Origin: an uncultured Gemmatimonadaceae bacterium
GTDB lineage: Bacteria; Gemmatimonadota; Gemmatimonadetes; Gemmatimonadales; Gemmatimonadaceae
Length of the DNA: 64,000 nt
Assembly: GCA_963716745.1 (NCBI GenBank)
Contig: OY970320.1
Coordinates: forward strand, 2,944,001-3,008,000
Reading direction: 5' to 3'
In this document: piece after piece, positions 9,339 to 18,002 of the stretch
Layout of the letters: each line of letters begins with the position of its first letter
Position numbering within the stretch: position 1 is the stretch's first letter
The notes under the pieces: generated by a model
Seen by the model: the letters and a program-made list of their open reading frames with translations, nothing else
Told to the model about the DNA's origin: nothing
Databases searched by the model: none
Translations under genes and position numbers: made by a program

Positions 9339-10034
9339 ATGCGGAAGTCTGAGGATTGCAGCACTCGCGGGGCGGTCGCAGCGATGGGATTCGCCGCACC
9401 GGTGCGCGCGCAGAATACGTTCGAAGGCGTCATCGAGTTCAGGTTCCTGGGAAAGGATTCCATGACCATGACCCAGACGAGCAAGGGGAACATGGTACGG
9501 ATGGACGTGCACGGAAAAGAGAGTATGCCGATCGCGATGTTGTACGATAGTAAGGCGAACACCATGACGATGGTCATGTACAATCAGAAGATGTACATGG
9601 TGAATCCCATGCCGTCGCTCGATTCCGTGCTCGCGAGCCACAACCGCAAGGTCTCCTTCACCAAGACGGGGCAGACGGAGACGGTAGCCGGTGTGAGCTG
9701 CACGATCTACAAGGGCTCCAGCACGGACGCCAATGGCAAGGTGCGCGAGGGACAGGCATGTCTGGCGAAGGGCGTCGGCTTCATGATCTTCCAGTCGATG
9801 AACCGCGGACGTGGCGGACCCCAGGGCTCGATGGCGGAGATGTTCCGGGAACTGGCCGCGCAGGATCTCCATGCGATCAAAATGTGGAGCATGAAGGACG
9901 GCCAGATGGTGCCGGAGATCGAAGCGGTGTCGATCGAGAAGAAGTCGGTGCCCAGCTCGACGTTCGAGATCCCGTCGGACTTCAAGAAGATGGACATGCC
10001 CGCCGGCATGGGCGGCATGCCGACGAAGCCTTAA
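9339..10034 (+). CDS. Exported DUF4412-like protein
   Basis: AQNTFEGVI after a signal-like segment; KTGQTETVAGVSC motif; PSSTFEIPSDFKKM tail; RBS GAGGGG. The 5' end may contain compensating indels. Confidence 0.7.
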   Translation: MRKSEDCSTRGAVAAMGFAAPVRAQNTFEGVIEFRFLGKDSMTMTQTSKGNMVRMDVHGKESMPIAMLYDSKANTMTMVMYNQKMYMVNPMPSLDSVLASHNRKVSFTKTGQTETVAGVSCTIYKGSSTDANGKVREGQACLAKGVGFMIFQSMNRGRGGPQGSMAEMFRELAAQDLHAIKMWSMKDGQMVPEIEAVSIEKKSVPSSTFEIPSDFKKMDMPAGMGGMPTKP

Positions 10035-10157
10035 CTACAGACTTAGACTCTAGACTTAGACTCTAGAAGACGGATGTGAGATGTCGGAAAGCCAACGGGG
10101 GGCGCGGCCGAAAGCCGCGCCCCCCGTTGCGTATTCTCAGTCTAAAGTCTGTCGTTA
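10033..10157. repeat. Family F element (TAGAC-type short tandem repeats in inverted arms) enclosing a terminator
   Basis: AACTACAGACTTAGACTCTAGACTTAGACT ... AGTCTAAAGTCTGTCGTT, bounded by the TAA stops of both convergent genes. Confidence 0.65.
10093..10129. terminator. Strong hairpin between convergent genes, probably a bidirectional terminator
   Basis: CAACGGGGGGCGCGGC-CGAAA-GCCGCGCCCCCCGTTG, a perfect 16-bp stem. Confidence 0.75.
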
Positions 10158-10670
10158 TTTCGCCAACGGAATGACCTTCGTCCGCTGCATCTCCAGCATC
10201 GCGTCGAGCTTGTTCTCGATCTGGAAGTACCGCGCGACCTGCATCCACGGCACCGCCGCGGCGAACTTCGGCACGTACGACACGCGCAGGTCCATCTGCG
10301 CCTTCCGCGACGCCATCCACGAACCCATCAGGTTCTGCGCAACGCTGTCGTTCATCGTCTTGTAGTTCTCGGCGTACTTCTGGATGGTCATCCACTCGCT
10401 GTCCATCGCCTTCTTCATGTCGGCGCGATAGGCATCGTACACCGGCCAGAACTTGGTCGCCTGGTCGGACGTCAGGTTCATGTTCAGCGCCACGGTCTGC
10501 TTGCGCGCGGCGGCGACTTCCATCCGCATCGTGTCGATGGCGGCGGAGACCTGCGCCTGCGTAGGGGCGGCTGGCGCGGAAGCCGGCGCGGCCGGCGTCA
10601 TCGCTTGCGCCGAGGCGCCCGCGGCGGAGACGAACATTAGCGCGAATGCGCTCACGGTACGACGGATCAT
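10155..10670 (-). CDS. Periplasmic helical protein (Spy/CpxP-like)
   Basis: Signal peptide ending ASAQ; NLTSDQATKFWPVYDAY motif. Confidence 0.65.
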   Translation of the reverse strand: MIRRTVSAFALMFVSAAGASAQAMTPAAPASAPAAPTQAQVSAAIDTMRMEVAAARKQTVALNMNLTSDQATKFWPVYDAYRADMKKAMDSEWMTIQKYAENYKTMNDSVAQNLMGSWMASRKAQMDLRVSYVPKFAAAVPWMQVARYFQIENKLDAMLEMQRTKVIPLAK

Positions 10671-10768
10671 TTGACGCCTCTCAATGGTTGAAGTTCGACG
10701 GGAGGCGCGCGATGGGACCTGATCCGTTTCCGCGCGCCGTAGCCATTAAAACTAGCTTACCTTTCCAT

Positions 10769-12361
10769 ATGGCTGCAACCCGCGCCGAGCGGCGCTTGCT
10801 CGCGACGGTGCTCCTGTCGCTCTCCGCCGGTGCGCTGGCAGGGCAGGGCAGCCCGCCCGATCCACTCGTGATCCGCGGCATCGCGATCGAGACCCACCGG
10901 ATCTTCGATTCGGCCGAGGCCACGAGCGCGTTCTACCGCACCATGAACTCGCTGCACAGCACCACACGCCCGTACGTCATTGAGCAGCAACTGCTGTTCA
11001 AAGTGGGCCAGCGCTGGGACACGGCGCTCGTGCGCGAGACCGCGCGCAATCTGCGCGCGCTCGGGCTCTTCCGCCTCGTCACGATCGACAGCATCGCCAC
11101 CGATTCCGGGTTGATCGCGCGCGTGATCACGCAGGATGCCTGGACGTTCGGCATCGTCTTCACGATCAAGGCGAGCGGCTCGCAGATCGGTTACGCGATC
11201 GGATTCAACGACCGCAACGTGCTCGGCAGCGGCACGCAGTTCCAGATGCAGTACGGCAAGAACCCGGACCGTGACTCGCTCATGTTCGGCGCGTCGCGCG
11301 AGTTCTTCCTCGGCACGCCGTACGACGCGGCGATCAACTACAACCGGCTCTCCGACGGTCAGACCGGGTGGGCGACCTTCGGTCTTCCGTTCCGCACGCT
11401 CGAGTCCACGCGCGGGTGGACACTGGGCTCACAGCTCTACAATGGGCGCATCCTGCTGTTCTATGGGGGCGACACGGTCGCGCAGGATACGATGCGCCGC
11501 AGCTTCCAATTGTACTCGCTGAATCCCGCGATCTCGCTGCAGTCCAGCAACGCGGGATATCTGCGGCTGGGGCTCTACGGCCAGATCGAGCGCAACGATT
11601 TCCAACAGTACTCGCTGCCCGCGAGCGAGATCCCCAGCACCATTACGGCCGCATTCGGACCGTACCTCTCGTTCTCGCGGCCGACGTTCGAGCACACGCG
11701 ATACTACCAGGCCGGCGGGCGCCGGGAGGATCTGCAGCTCGGGTTCACCGGAACGTTCGGAGTGGGATTCGCGCCGGCCCAGTGGGGCTACGGGACGACC
11801 GGCGTCTCGCCGACGCTGTTCGGGACCTACTACGCTCGTATCGGTGCCGCGATCGTCGAAGAGTCGCTGTCGGTCACGTCGCTCTACTCGAGGAACGGAC
11901 TCGACTCCGGCACGGTGTTCGCGTCGGTCACCGCCTTCTGGCAGCCCACGGAGACGCAGCTGCTCATCGGCTACCTGGGCGGCGGCGCGCAGAAGAACGG
12001 ATATCCCGGCGAGAACTGGGACCTCGGATTCGGCTACGCCGTGCGCGCCTTCCCGCAACATTCCTTCACCGGCGATCGCGTATACATGATGGACGCGGAA
12101 TATCGCTGGTTCTTCGCGCCGGACGTGGTCCGATTATTCGCGGTAGGAATGGGCGTCTTCGTGGACCATGCCGGCGCCTGGTACGCGGGTTCTCCGGTGC
12201 GCTCAGGGACCGACGCCGGATTCGGGCTGCGCTTCGCGTCGATCACCGGCAATCCGGGCTACGTCATGCGCGCCGATGTCGCCTACCGGTGGGCCAATTC
12301 GGCGCTGCCGGGCGGCTGGGTGTTCACGTTCGGGAAAGGATTCGTGTGGCAGTTATTCTAA
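10769..12361 (+). CDS. Outer-membrane Omp85/BamA-like protein with one POTRA-like domain
   Basis: TRPYVIEQQLLFKVG...ETARNLRALGLF POTRA-like segment, NVLGSG, VRAFP (VRGF-like) and terminal Phe. Confidence 0.75.
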   Translation: MAATRAERRLLATVLLSLSAGALAGQGSPPDPLVIRGIAIETHRIFDSAEATSAFYRTMNSLHSTTRPYVIEQQLLFKVGQRWDTALVRETARNLRALGLFRLVTIDSIATDSGLIARVITQDAWTFGIVFTIKASGSQIGYAIGFNDRNVLGSGTQFQMQYGKNPDRDSLMFGASREFFLGTPYDAAINYNRLSDGQTGWATFGLPFRTLESTRGWTLGSQLYNGRILLFYGGDTVAQDTMRRSFQLYSLNPAISLQSSNAGYLRLGLYGQIERNDFQQYSLPASEIPSTITAAFGPYLSFSRPTFEHTRYYQAGGRREDLQLGFTGTFGVGFAPAQWGYGTTGVSPTLFGTYYARIGAAIVEESLSVTSLYSRNGLDSGTVFASVTAFWQPTETQLLIGYLGGGAQKNGYPGENWDLGFGYAVRAFPQHSFTGDRVYMMDAEYRWFFAPDVVRLFAVGMGVFVDHAGAWYAGSPVRSGTDAGFGLRFASITGNPGYVMRADVAYRWANSALPGGWVFTFGKGFVWQLF

Positions 12362-12363
12362 AC

Positions 12364-12461
12364 AACTGCTTGGACAGGATTAACATGATTGGCATGATGA
12401 ACGGCGTGCGCGCGCCGATGCCGTTCATCATGCCAATCATGTTAATCCTGTCAATGCAGTT
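12364..12461. repeat. Palindromic element family A, copy 2
   Basis: Near-perfect hairpin AACTGCTTGGACAGGATTAACATGATTGGCATGATGAACGGC ... GCCGTTCATCATGCCAATCATGTTAATCCTGTCAATGCAGTT. Confidence 0.9.
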
Positions 12462-14808
12462 TCTCGACAGCTGCCAGACTAGTCGTCGGCTTCGGCTTCG
12501 CGAGACTCATGTATGCGTTCGCCAGATCGCGGTCGTCAGGATGTTTCTGCAGCGCGAAGGCGAGCACATCCTTCGCCTCCTGCACGCGGCCGAGTTGCTG
12601 CAGGCCCAATGCGTACACGAGCGCGAAGCGCGCCGATTCGGGAGAGAGCTTGGCGGCGGCGGCGAGATGGCCGATCGCGACGTCCATCCGCTTCTCGCGC
12701 ACGTAGGTCAGACCGAGCGCGTACTCGAGTTCCGCGCCCTGGCCCTTGGGTGCGCGCGCGAGTCCGTCCTTCAAGATCCGTTCGGCCGCCTCGTTGTTCC
12801 CTTGTTGGCGCGCGAGGTCGGCGAAGTTCACGTACGTCGCGATGAGCGAAGGATTCAGGTTGAGCGCGGCTTGGTACTCGAGCGCCGCGGAATCGAGATG
12901 GCCCGTCTCCGCGAAATATGCTCCGAGATTGAGCCTGGCCTCGGCGCGATCCGAATTGACGCGCTGCTCCTCGCGGTACTCCGCGATCGCCGCGTTGAAC
13001 GCGGCGAGTTGCTCCGGCTGGAACGATGCGGGCGGCGCGCCGGCGAGCGCGCGGGCGGCGTCCACGCGCACCAGGCGCGACGGATCGGTGAGCATCGGCG
13101 CGAGCATGTTCACGCGCTCGTTCATCGGGATCGGCGACGTCGCTTCGACCGCGGCATCGCGCACGAGCGGGTCGGAGTCGGCGAGGGCCTCCTGGACGTC
13201 CGTGACCGTTTGTCGCGATGGGAAACGCGCGAGCAGATCGACCGCCGTCGCGCGGAAGATCGCTGGCGCGGACGAATCCTGCGCGAGCGCGCCGAGCACC
13301 ACCGCGGCGCCGCGCGACGCCCGGTGCCCCTGATCGATCGCCGCGGCATACGCGGGCACGCCGGTGCGCTTGGGCCACCATTTCGCGAACGCGTCCGCCG
13401 CCCACTTGTCGGTCTGTTTCGCGTGGCACCCGGTGCACGCGTTGGGCGTGCCGAGTACTAGCGACACGTCGGGTCGCGGCACGCGGATGCTGTGATCGTG
13501 CCGCGCGTGCACCACCATGTAATCGCGCGTGGGCATGTGACAGCTCACGCAGCTCGCGCCCGCGCTGCCGGCCGCGTGGTGCGTGTGCGACGGAGAAGCG
13601 AACACGGCCGGCGTGTGACACCGCGCGCAGACGTTGTCTACCGGTGGAGCGATCGTCGCGCGATGCGGGTCGTGACAGTCGGTGCAGGTCACGCCCGCGT
13701 GATACATGCGGCTCTCGCGGAACGAAGCATACTCGTACACCTCATCCCGGATCTGCCCGTCGGCGAAGAACCCGTTCTCGGTGAGGAGCGACGGGCGGTG
13801 CGTGTCGGTGAGCGGACGCCCAGGCGTATAGTGGTTGGCGAGCACCGAGCGCCGCGAATGACAGCGCGCGCACATCTCCAATTCAGCGCTCGAGGTGCGC
13901 GCGGTGCTGCGGCGCGCCAGTCCGGTGACCGTGTCGCGGATCCAGGTGGCGGGTACCGAGTCGCGCAGCTGCACGATGAGTCCATCGTCACGCCCGGACT
14001 TGGGCGTCTTGCCCGCCGCCACCGTCTGCGCCCACTCGAGGTGCGCTGAGCCGGGGCCATGGCACGCCTCACACGAGACGTTCACTTCGGAGAACGTGGT
14101 GTGATATCCGCCGGTGGCGGGATCGTAGCCCTTCGCGACGTTCGTGGAGTGGCACTCCGCGCACATGAAGTTCCAGTTCTGGTACGGACCGGTCCAATGG
14201 AGGATGTCGTCGTGCGCCATCGCCTCCTTGGGATAGAGATGGAACCATCGCTGCCCGCCGTCGCGCGCTGGCCGCGTGTCCCACACCACGTTCAGCGCTT
14301 GATATCGGCCGCCGGGGAACGCGATGAGATACTGCTGCAACGGGAAGACGCCGAACGTGTACGCGATCTCGTAATCGGTGAGTTTCCCGTCGGGCCCGTC
14401 GGTGCGCACGAAGTACTTGCCGTCGCGCGTCGAGAACGAGGTCGTCACGCCGAAATGCGTGTACGAGGTGCCGTTGAAGTCGCCCAGCACCGTGCCCGAT
14501 GTCGCGGGTTGCATCGCCAGATCGTGGTGCGAGCCCTTCCAGAGCGAATCTTCTTTCGCGTGACAGGAGGCGCACACAGCGCGGCCGACAAATCTCGGCT
14601 CGGCGGCCGTGGCGTTGCGGCTGCGCGACCACGATGGATGCGAGCCGTAGCGCCAGAGGGCCGCGCCGCCGAGCAGCACGACGACCGCCGCGACGGCGGC
14701 GGCGAGCGGCAGCCAGCTCGGCGATGGAGTCGCCGGACTCGCCGAGGACGCGGCGGAGGCGGCCGGCGTCGTACGCGCGCCGCGTTTCTTCTTCCCGGAG
14801 CGGCTCAC
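12451..14808 (-). CDS. Multiheme c-type cytochrome (8 CxxCH) with HEAT and TPR repeats
   Basis: CASCH, CAECH, CEACH, CARCH, CTDCH, CARCH, CVSCH and CTGCH; N-terminal TM anchor; DSDPLVRDAA HEAT-like repeat; TPR helices at the C-terminus. Confidence 0.9.
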   Translation of the reverse strand: MSRSGKKKRGARTTPAASAASSASPATPSPSWLPLAAAVAAVVVLLGGAALWRYGSHPSWSRSRNATAAEPRFVGRAVCASCHAKEDSLWKGSHHDLAMQPATSGTVLGDFNGTSYTHFGVTTSFSTRDGKYFVRTDGPDGKLTDYEIAYTFGVFPLQQYLIAFPGGRYQALNVVWDTRPARDGGQRWFHLYPKEAMAHDDILHWTGPYQNWNFMCAECHSTNVAKGYDPATGGYHTTFSEVNVSCEACHGPGSAHLEWAQTVAAGKTPKSGRDDGLIVQLRDSVPATWIRDTVTGLARRSTARTSSAELEMCARCHSRRSVLANHYTPGRPLTDTHRPSLLTENGFFADGQIRDEVYEYASFRESRMYHAGVTCTDCHDPHRATIAPPVDNVCARCHTPAVFASPSHTHHAAGSAGASCVSCHMPTRDYMVVHARHDHSIRVPRPDVSLVLGTPNACTGCHAKQTDKWAADAFAKWWPKRTGVPAYAAAIDQGHRASRGAAVVLGALAQDSSAPAIFRATAVDLLARFPSRQTVTDVQEALADSDPLVRDAAVEATSPIPMNERVNMLAPMLTDPSRLVRVDAARALAGAPPASFQPEQLAAFNAAIAEYREEQRVNSDRAEARLNLGAYFAETGHLDSAALEYQAALNLNPSLIATYVNFADLARQQGNNEAAERILKDGLARAPKGQGAELEYALGLTYVREKRMDVAIGHLAAAAKLSPESARFALVYALGLQQLGRVQEAKDVLAFALQKHPDDRDLANAYMSLAKPKPTTSLAAVEKLH

Positions 14809-14809
14809 G

Positions 14810-15565
14810 TCAGTTCGAGTACACGAGCGTGATTCCGAGGGCGTTAATGAAAGCGGGCGCGCCCTGCCAATTCACCTGGCGACCATAGTAGATCTCGCTG
14901 CTGAGGCGCCGCACGACTGGCAATTCGAATCCAGCCTCCATCTTCACAGCGGTCCAATTCGAATTCTGCAGGGAGTAGAACCATTCGCTGTTCACGAATG
15001 GCGTGACCGAGTAGTGGGCGAAGTCCACGGTGTACTCGCCGTAGATGCGGTTCCGATACCGCGTGGACCAGTCGCCGTCGGTCCAGCGCCAGTCGAATCC
15101 GTTCCGGTCGGTGACGACGAACTGGCCGAACCGGCGATTGATCGAGAATTCCGCGAGGATCCGGTTCTGCACTTGCCCGTTGGACGGGCCATTCACCGTC
15201 TCGGAATAGCGATACCCCACGCGAAGGAGTGCCGGGCGATAGCGATCCTCGACGAGGCTCGCCGCCCCGAAGATCCCGCCGAACACCGGTCTCGCCTTCA
15301 AGAAGAGATCGAAATTCGCGCCATACTGCACATTATCCGCCTCGCGGTCTCCGCCGAACGCGCCGAGCGCTTGCAAGAAGATCCGCATGTGATCGTTCAG
15401 CTGGTGGAAGTAGTCGATCTCGGGCCACCACTGCTCCACCGTCTGCGGCGCCACGGACTGAGCGCGGAGCGGATTCGCCACTATCGCGGTCGCGAAGAGA
15501 AGAACAGGGACACCACGGCGGATATTCACGCCCAGAAGGTAGCGCCGCGCATTTTCGCGTGCCAT
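14810..15565 (-). CDS. Outer-membrane beta-barrel protein (DUF2490-like)
   Basis: Signal peptide; alternating aromatic beta-strands; TDRNGFDWRW...RYRNRI motif. Confidence 0.6.
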   Translation of the reverse strand: MARENARRYLLGVNIRRGVPVLLFATAIVANPLRAQSVAPQTVEQWWPEIDYFHQLNDHMRIFLQALGAFGGDREADNVQYGANFDLFLKARPVFGGIFGAASLVEDRYRPALLRVGYRYSETVNGPSNGQVQNRILAEFSINRRFGQFVVTDRNGFDWRWTDGDWSTRYRNRIYGEYTVDFAHYSVTPFVNSEWFYSLQNSNWTAVKMEAGFELPVVRRLSSEIYYGRQVNWQGAPAFINALGITLVYSN

Positions 15566-15617
15566 CCGCGCGACGCGAGCACGGCTCCGGCGAGCTCGGA
15601 GCCGTGCTCAGATCCCG

Positions 15618-17759
15618 CTATGGCCGGCCGCGGCCGCCGCCGCCGCTGCGCGGCGCGGATCGCGTCGTGCCGCCCGATCGTGCGTTATTGTAGCTCTGCG
15701 TTTTCTGCTGGCCGTGCTGGCGGTTCTGCTGCGTGCGGTTCACGTCACTGTTGCGCGTGCCGCTGTTCTGCCACTGGCCGCCTTTGTTCTGCTGCACCTG
15801 ATTGCCGTTCTGGCGATAGACGTTCCCGTCCTTGCCCGCCACGACGTTGTTCGGCCGGCCGGACGCAGGTTTCCCCGACGGCATCGTCCCCGCGGTAGGC
15901 TGCGTCACGCGTCCCGTGTTACCGGGCTGCCGGTACATGTTGTTCCCGCCGTACGGCGTCGGACGTGCGCCGCCCGCGCCCGGACGCGCGCCGCCCGCCG
16001 AGCCGTAGCCCGGGCGGTTGCCATACCCGGGATAGCCTCCGCCATATCCCGGACGGTATCCGGGATAGCCGCCATATGGCGGACGATAGTATGGCGGCGG
16101 ATACGGAGGCCGGCCGTACGGTCCATACCAGCCACCGTAGCGCGGTCCGCCCACCACGATGCCGACGTGCATGAAGGGGGTGCTGTAGCCGAACCCGACG
16201 GTGAAGCCGGTCCACGGATTGTAGCGGACGGCTACTCCGTACGTGACCGGACGCGGGTAGTAGACGTACGGCGAGACGTACGGCGGATAGTACCACCCGG
16301 TGCCGTACACGATCGTGCCATAGTACGGATACATGCCCACGTAGCCCGGCGTGTAGCCGACGTACACCACCTGCGGCGTCGACTGATAGACCTCCACGTA
16401 CTTCGTGTTATACACGGGCGAGCTGGGCGGGATGGTCTGGACCGCCTTGGGCACGGAATCGCTCACCGTCCACGGACCGATCGGGCCGATCGATGAGAAC
16501 CACACCGCGTTGTCGCATGCGTAGTAGATCCCGTCGATCTTGAGCACCTGCGTCTGCGTGTTGGTGGCGTAACTGACGCTCGTGCCGGGGATCGCCTCGA
16601 ACTTCGGGTCGCCGTCGTATGACACCGTGAGCTTCGCCGTCGCGCGGTCGATCGCGGCCGTCTGCGGGATCTGCGCATCGAGCAACGCATCGGTGGCCTG
16701 CTCGGTGCCCGGCACGGAGGCGAGCACATCCGCTTGCGACGAGGCGGGTGGGATCTTCGCGAACACCGCGGGCAACGAATCCGGCCGCACGAACGTCCAC
16801 GGTCCGCTGAACGACGAGGCGCGGAACCAGCGGCCGGACAGCAGCACATATGTCTGCTGGTCCGCGAGCAACTTGAACACATTGCGATCGGTGTTGGTCA
16901 CGTACAGCAGATCGACGCCGGTGACCGGCGACCATTTCGGTTCGCCCTGGAAGACGATGAGTTCCGTGGGTTTCGTCGCCACGATGATCTTCGGTGGCCC
17001 GCTGGGCGGCGCGCTATCGCGCTGCAGCGAATCGGGCACGAGTGCTTTCACCGCCGCGGGCGGCGTCTTGATGCTCGTCCACGGACCGAGCGCCGCGCTC
17101 GCGGAATACCAGATCGGACCGCCATTCAGATAGAACGTGTTGTTGGCGGTGTCGCGCACGACGAACATCGGCGTATTCACGGCGCGTTCGAAGCCGGTGC
17201 CGCGCATCCCCTGGAGGATCGGATCTCCGGCGTAGAGTAGCAGCGCCGCGGGCACGTTCGAGAAGAGGACCACCGGCGGCTCGGTGTTCAGACTGTCGGC
17301 CGAGCGTTGCTCGGTGGCGGCGTCGGCGAGGCTGGTCTGGAATCGGTCGAGCGCGATCGTGAACGTCCACTTGGTGATGAGCGGATTCACGACCGTCCGG
17401 AACTTCGTTTCCTGCTCCGGCGTGCTGCCCGGGAAGCGCACATTGGACACCACCACCTGGTCGATGGACACGATGCGCGTGTCCTTGTCGGTTTGCGCGC
17501 GCGAGCTGAACCACACGACGCCGAACACGGGCGTCTTGCCCGTGAGCGTCACCGCGACCGCGGAGCGCGCCGCGAGCGCGATGCCGTTGAGCGACTCTGG
17601 TTGCGGCTGGTAGATCACGATCTTCGCGGAATCGGTGTCGAGTTCTCGCGGCCAGCCAATGTCGTAGGTCTGTGCGGAGGAGAGCGATGAGACGGCGACG
17701 AGGCCGAGGGTGGCAAAGAGGGCCGCGAGGTATTTCCGTGGCTCCATCTGGATCGACAT
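15618..17759 (-). CDS. Exported hypothetical protein with Tyr/Pro/Gly-rich and low-complexity C-terminus
   Basis: Signal peptide; WPR...IYQPQ N-terminus; GRWFRA..SGPWTFV and YVGYTPGY motifs; long GC3-biased ORF. Confidence 0.75.
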   Translation of the reverse strand: MSIQMEPRKYLAALFATLGLVAVSSLSSAQTYDIGWPRELDTDSAKIVIYQPQPESLNGIALAARSAVAVTLTGKTPVFGVVWFSSRAQTDKDTRIVSIDQVVVSNVRFPGSTPEQETKFRTVVNPLITKWTFTIALDRFQTSLADAATEQRSADSLNTEPPVVLFSNVPAALLLYAGDPILQGMRGTGFERAVNTPMFVVRDTANNTFYLNGGPIWYSASAALGPWTSIKTPPAAVKALVPDSLQRDSAPPSGPPKIIVATKPTELIVFQGEPKWSPVTGVDLLYVTNTDRNVFKLLADQQTYVLLSGRWFRASSFSGPWTFVRPDSLPAVFAKIPPASSQADVLASVPGTEQATDALLDAQIPQTAAIDRATAKLTVSYDGDPKFEAIPGTSVSYATNTQTQVLKIDGIYYACDNAVWFSSIGPIGPWTVSDSVPKAVQTIPPSSPVYNTKYVEVYQSTPQVVYVGYTPGYVGMYPYYGTIVYGTGWYYPPYVSPYVYYPRPVTYGVAVRYNPWTGFTVGFGYSTPFMHVGIVVGGPRYGGWYGPYGRPPYPPPYYRPPYGGYPGYRPGYGGGYPGYGNRPGYGSAGGARPGAGGARPTPYGGNNMYRQPGNTGRVTQPTAGTMPSGKPASGRPNNVVAGKDGNVYRQNGNQVQQNKGGQWQNSGTRNSDVNRTQQNRQHGQQKTQSYNNARSGGTTRSAPRSGGGGRGRP

Positions 17760-18002
17760 GCGGGTGCTCTCCAGGCTCGTGAGTGGGGGCCACCGGCGAG
17801 GGCGGGCCAGACTTCTAAACTACTGGGCGTGGTACCCCACGCAACGGGCGCGGTGCCTCGAACGCGTAGGTCTTAGGTACAACGACCTGCGCTCGAAACA
17901 AACGTGCTGAGTCGTAACGCCGGGCGCCGGCCACTCGTCGAGTACTGAAGGGGGAAACCCCCGTTCCGCACCAGCGGAGCGCTCCCGCACGTCGGCCCAC
18001 GA

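Noticed and set aside
17860..18000. c-di-GMP riboswitch upstream of the sensor/DGC run (GGGG-GAAA-CCCC-type hairpin)
   Set aside because: Only isolated hairpins; class I and II consensus elements were not recognisable.
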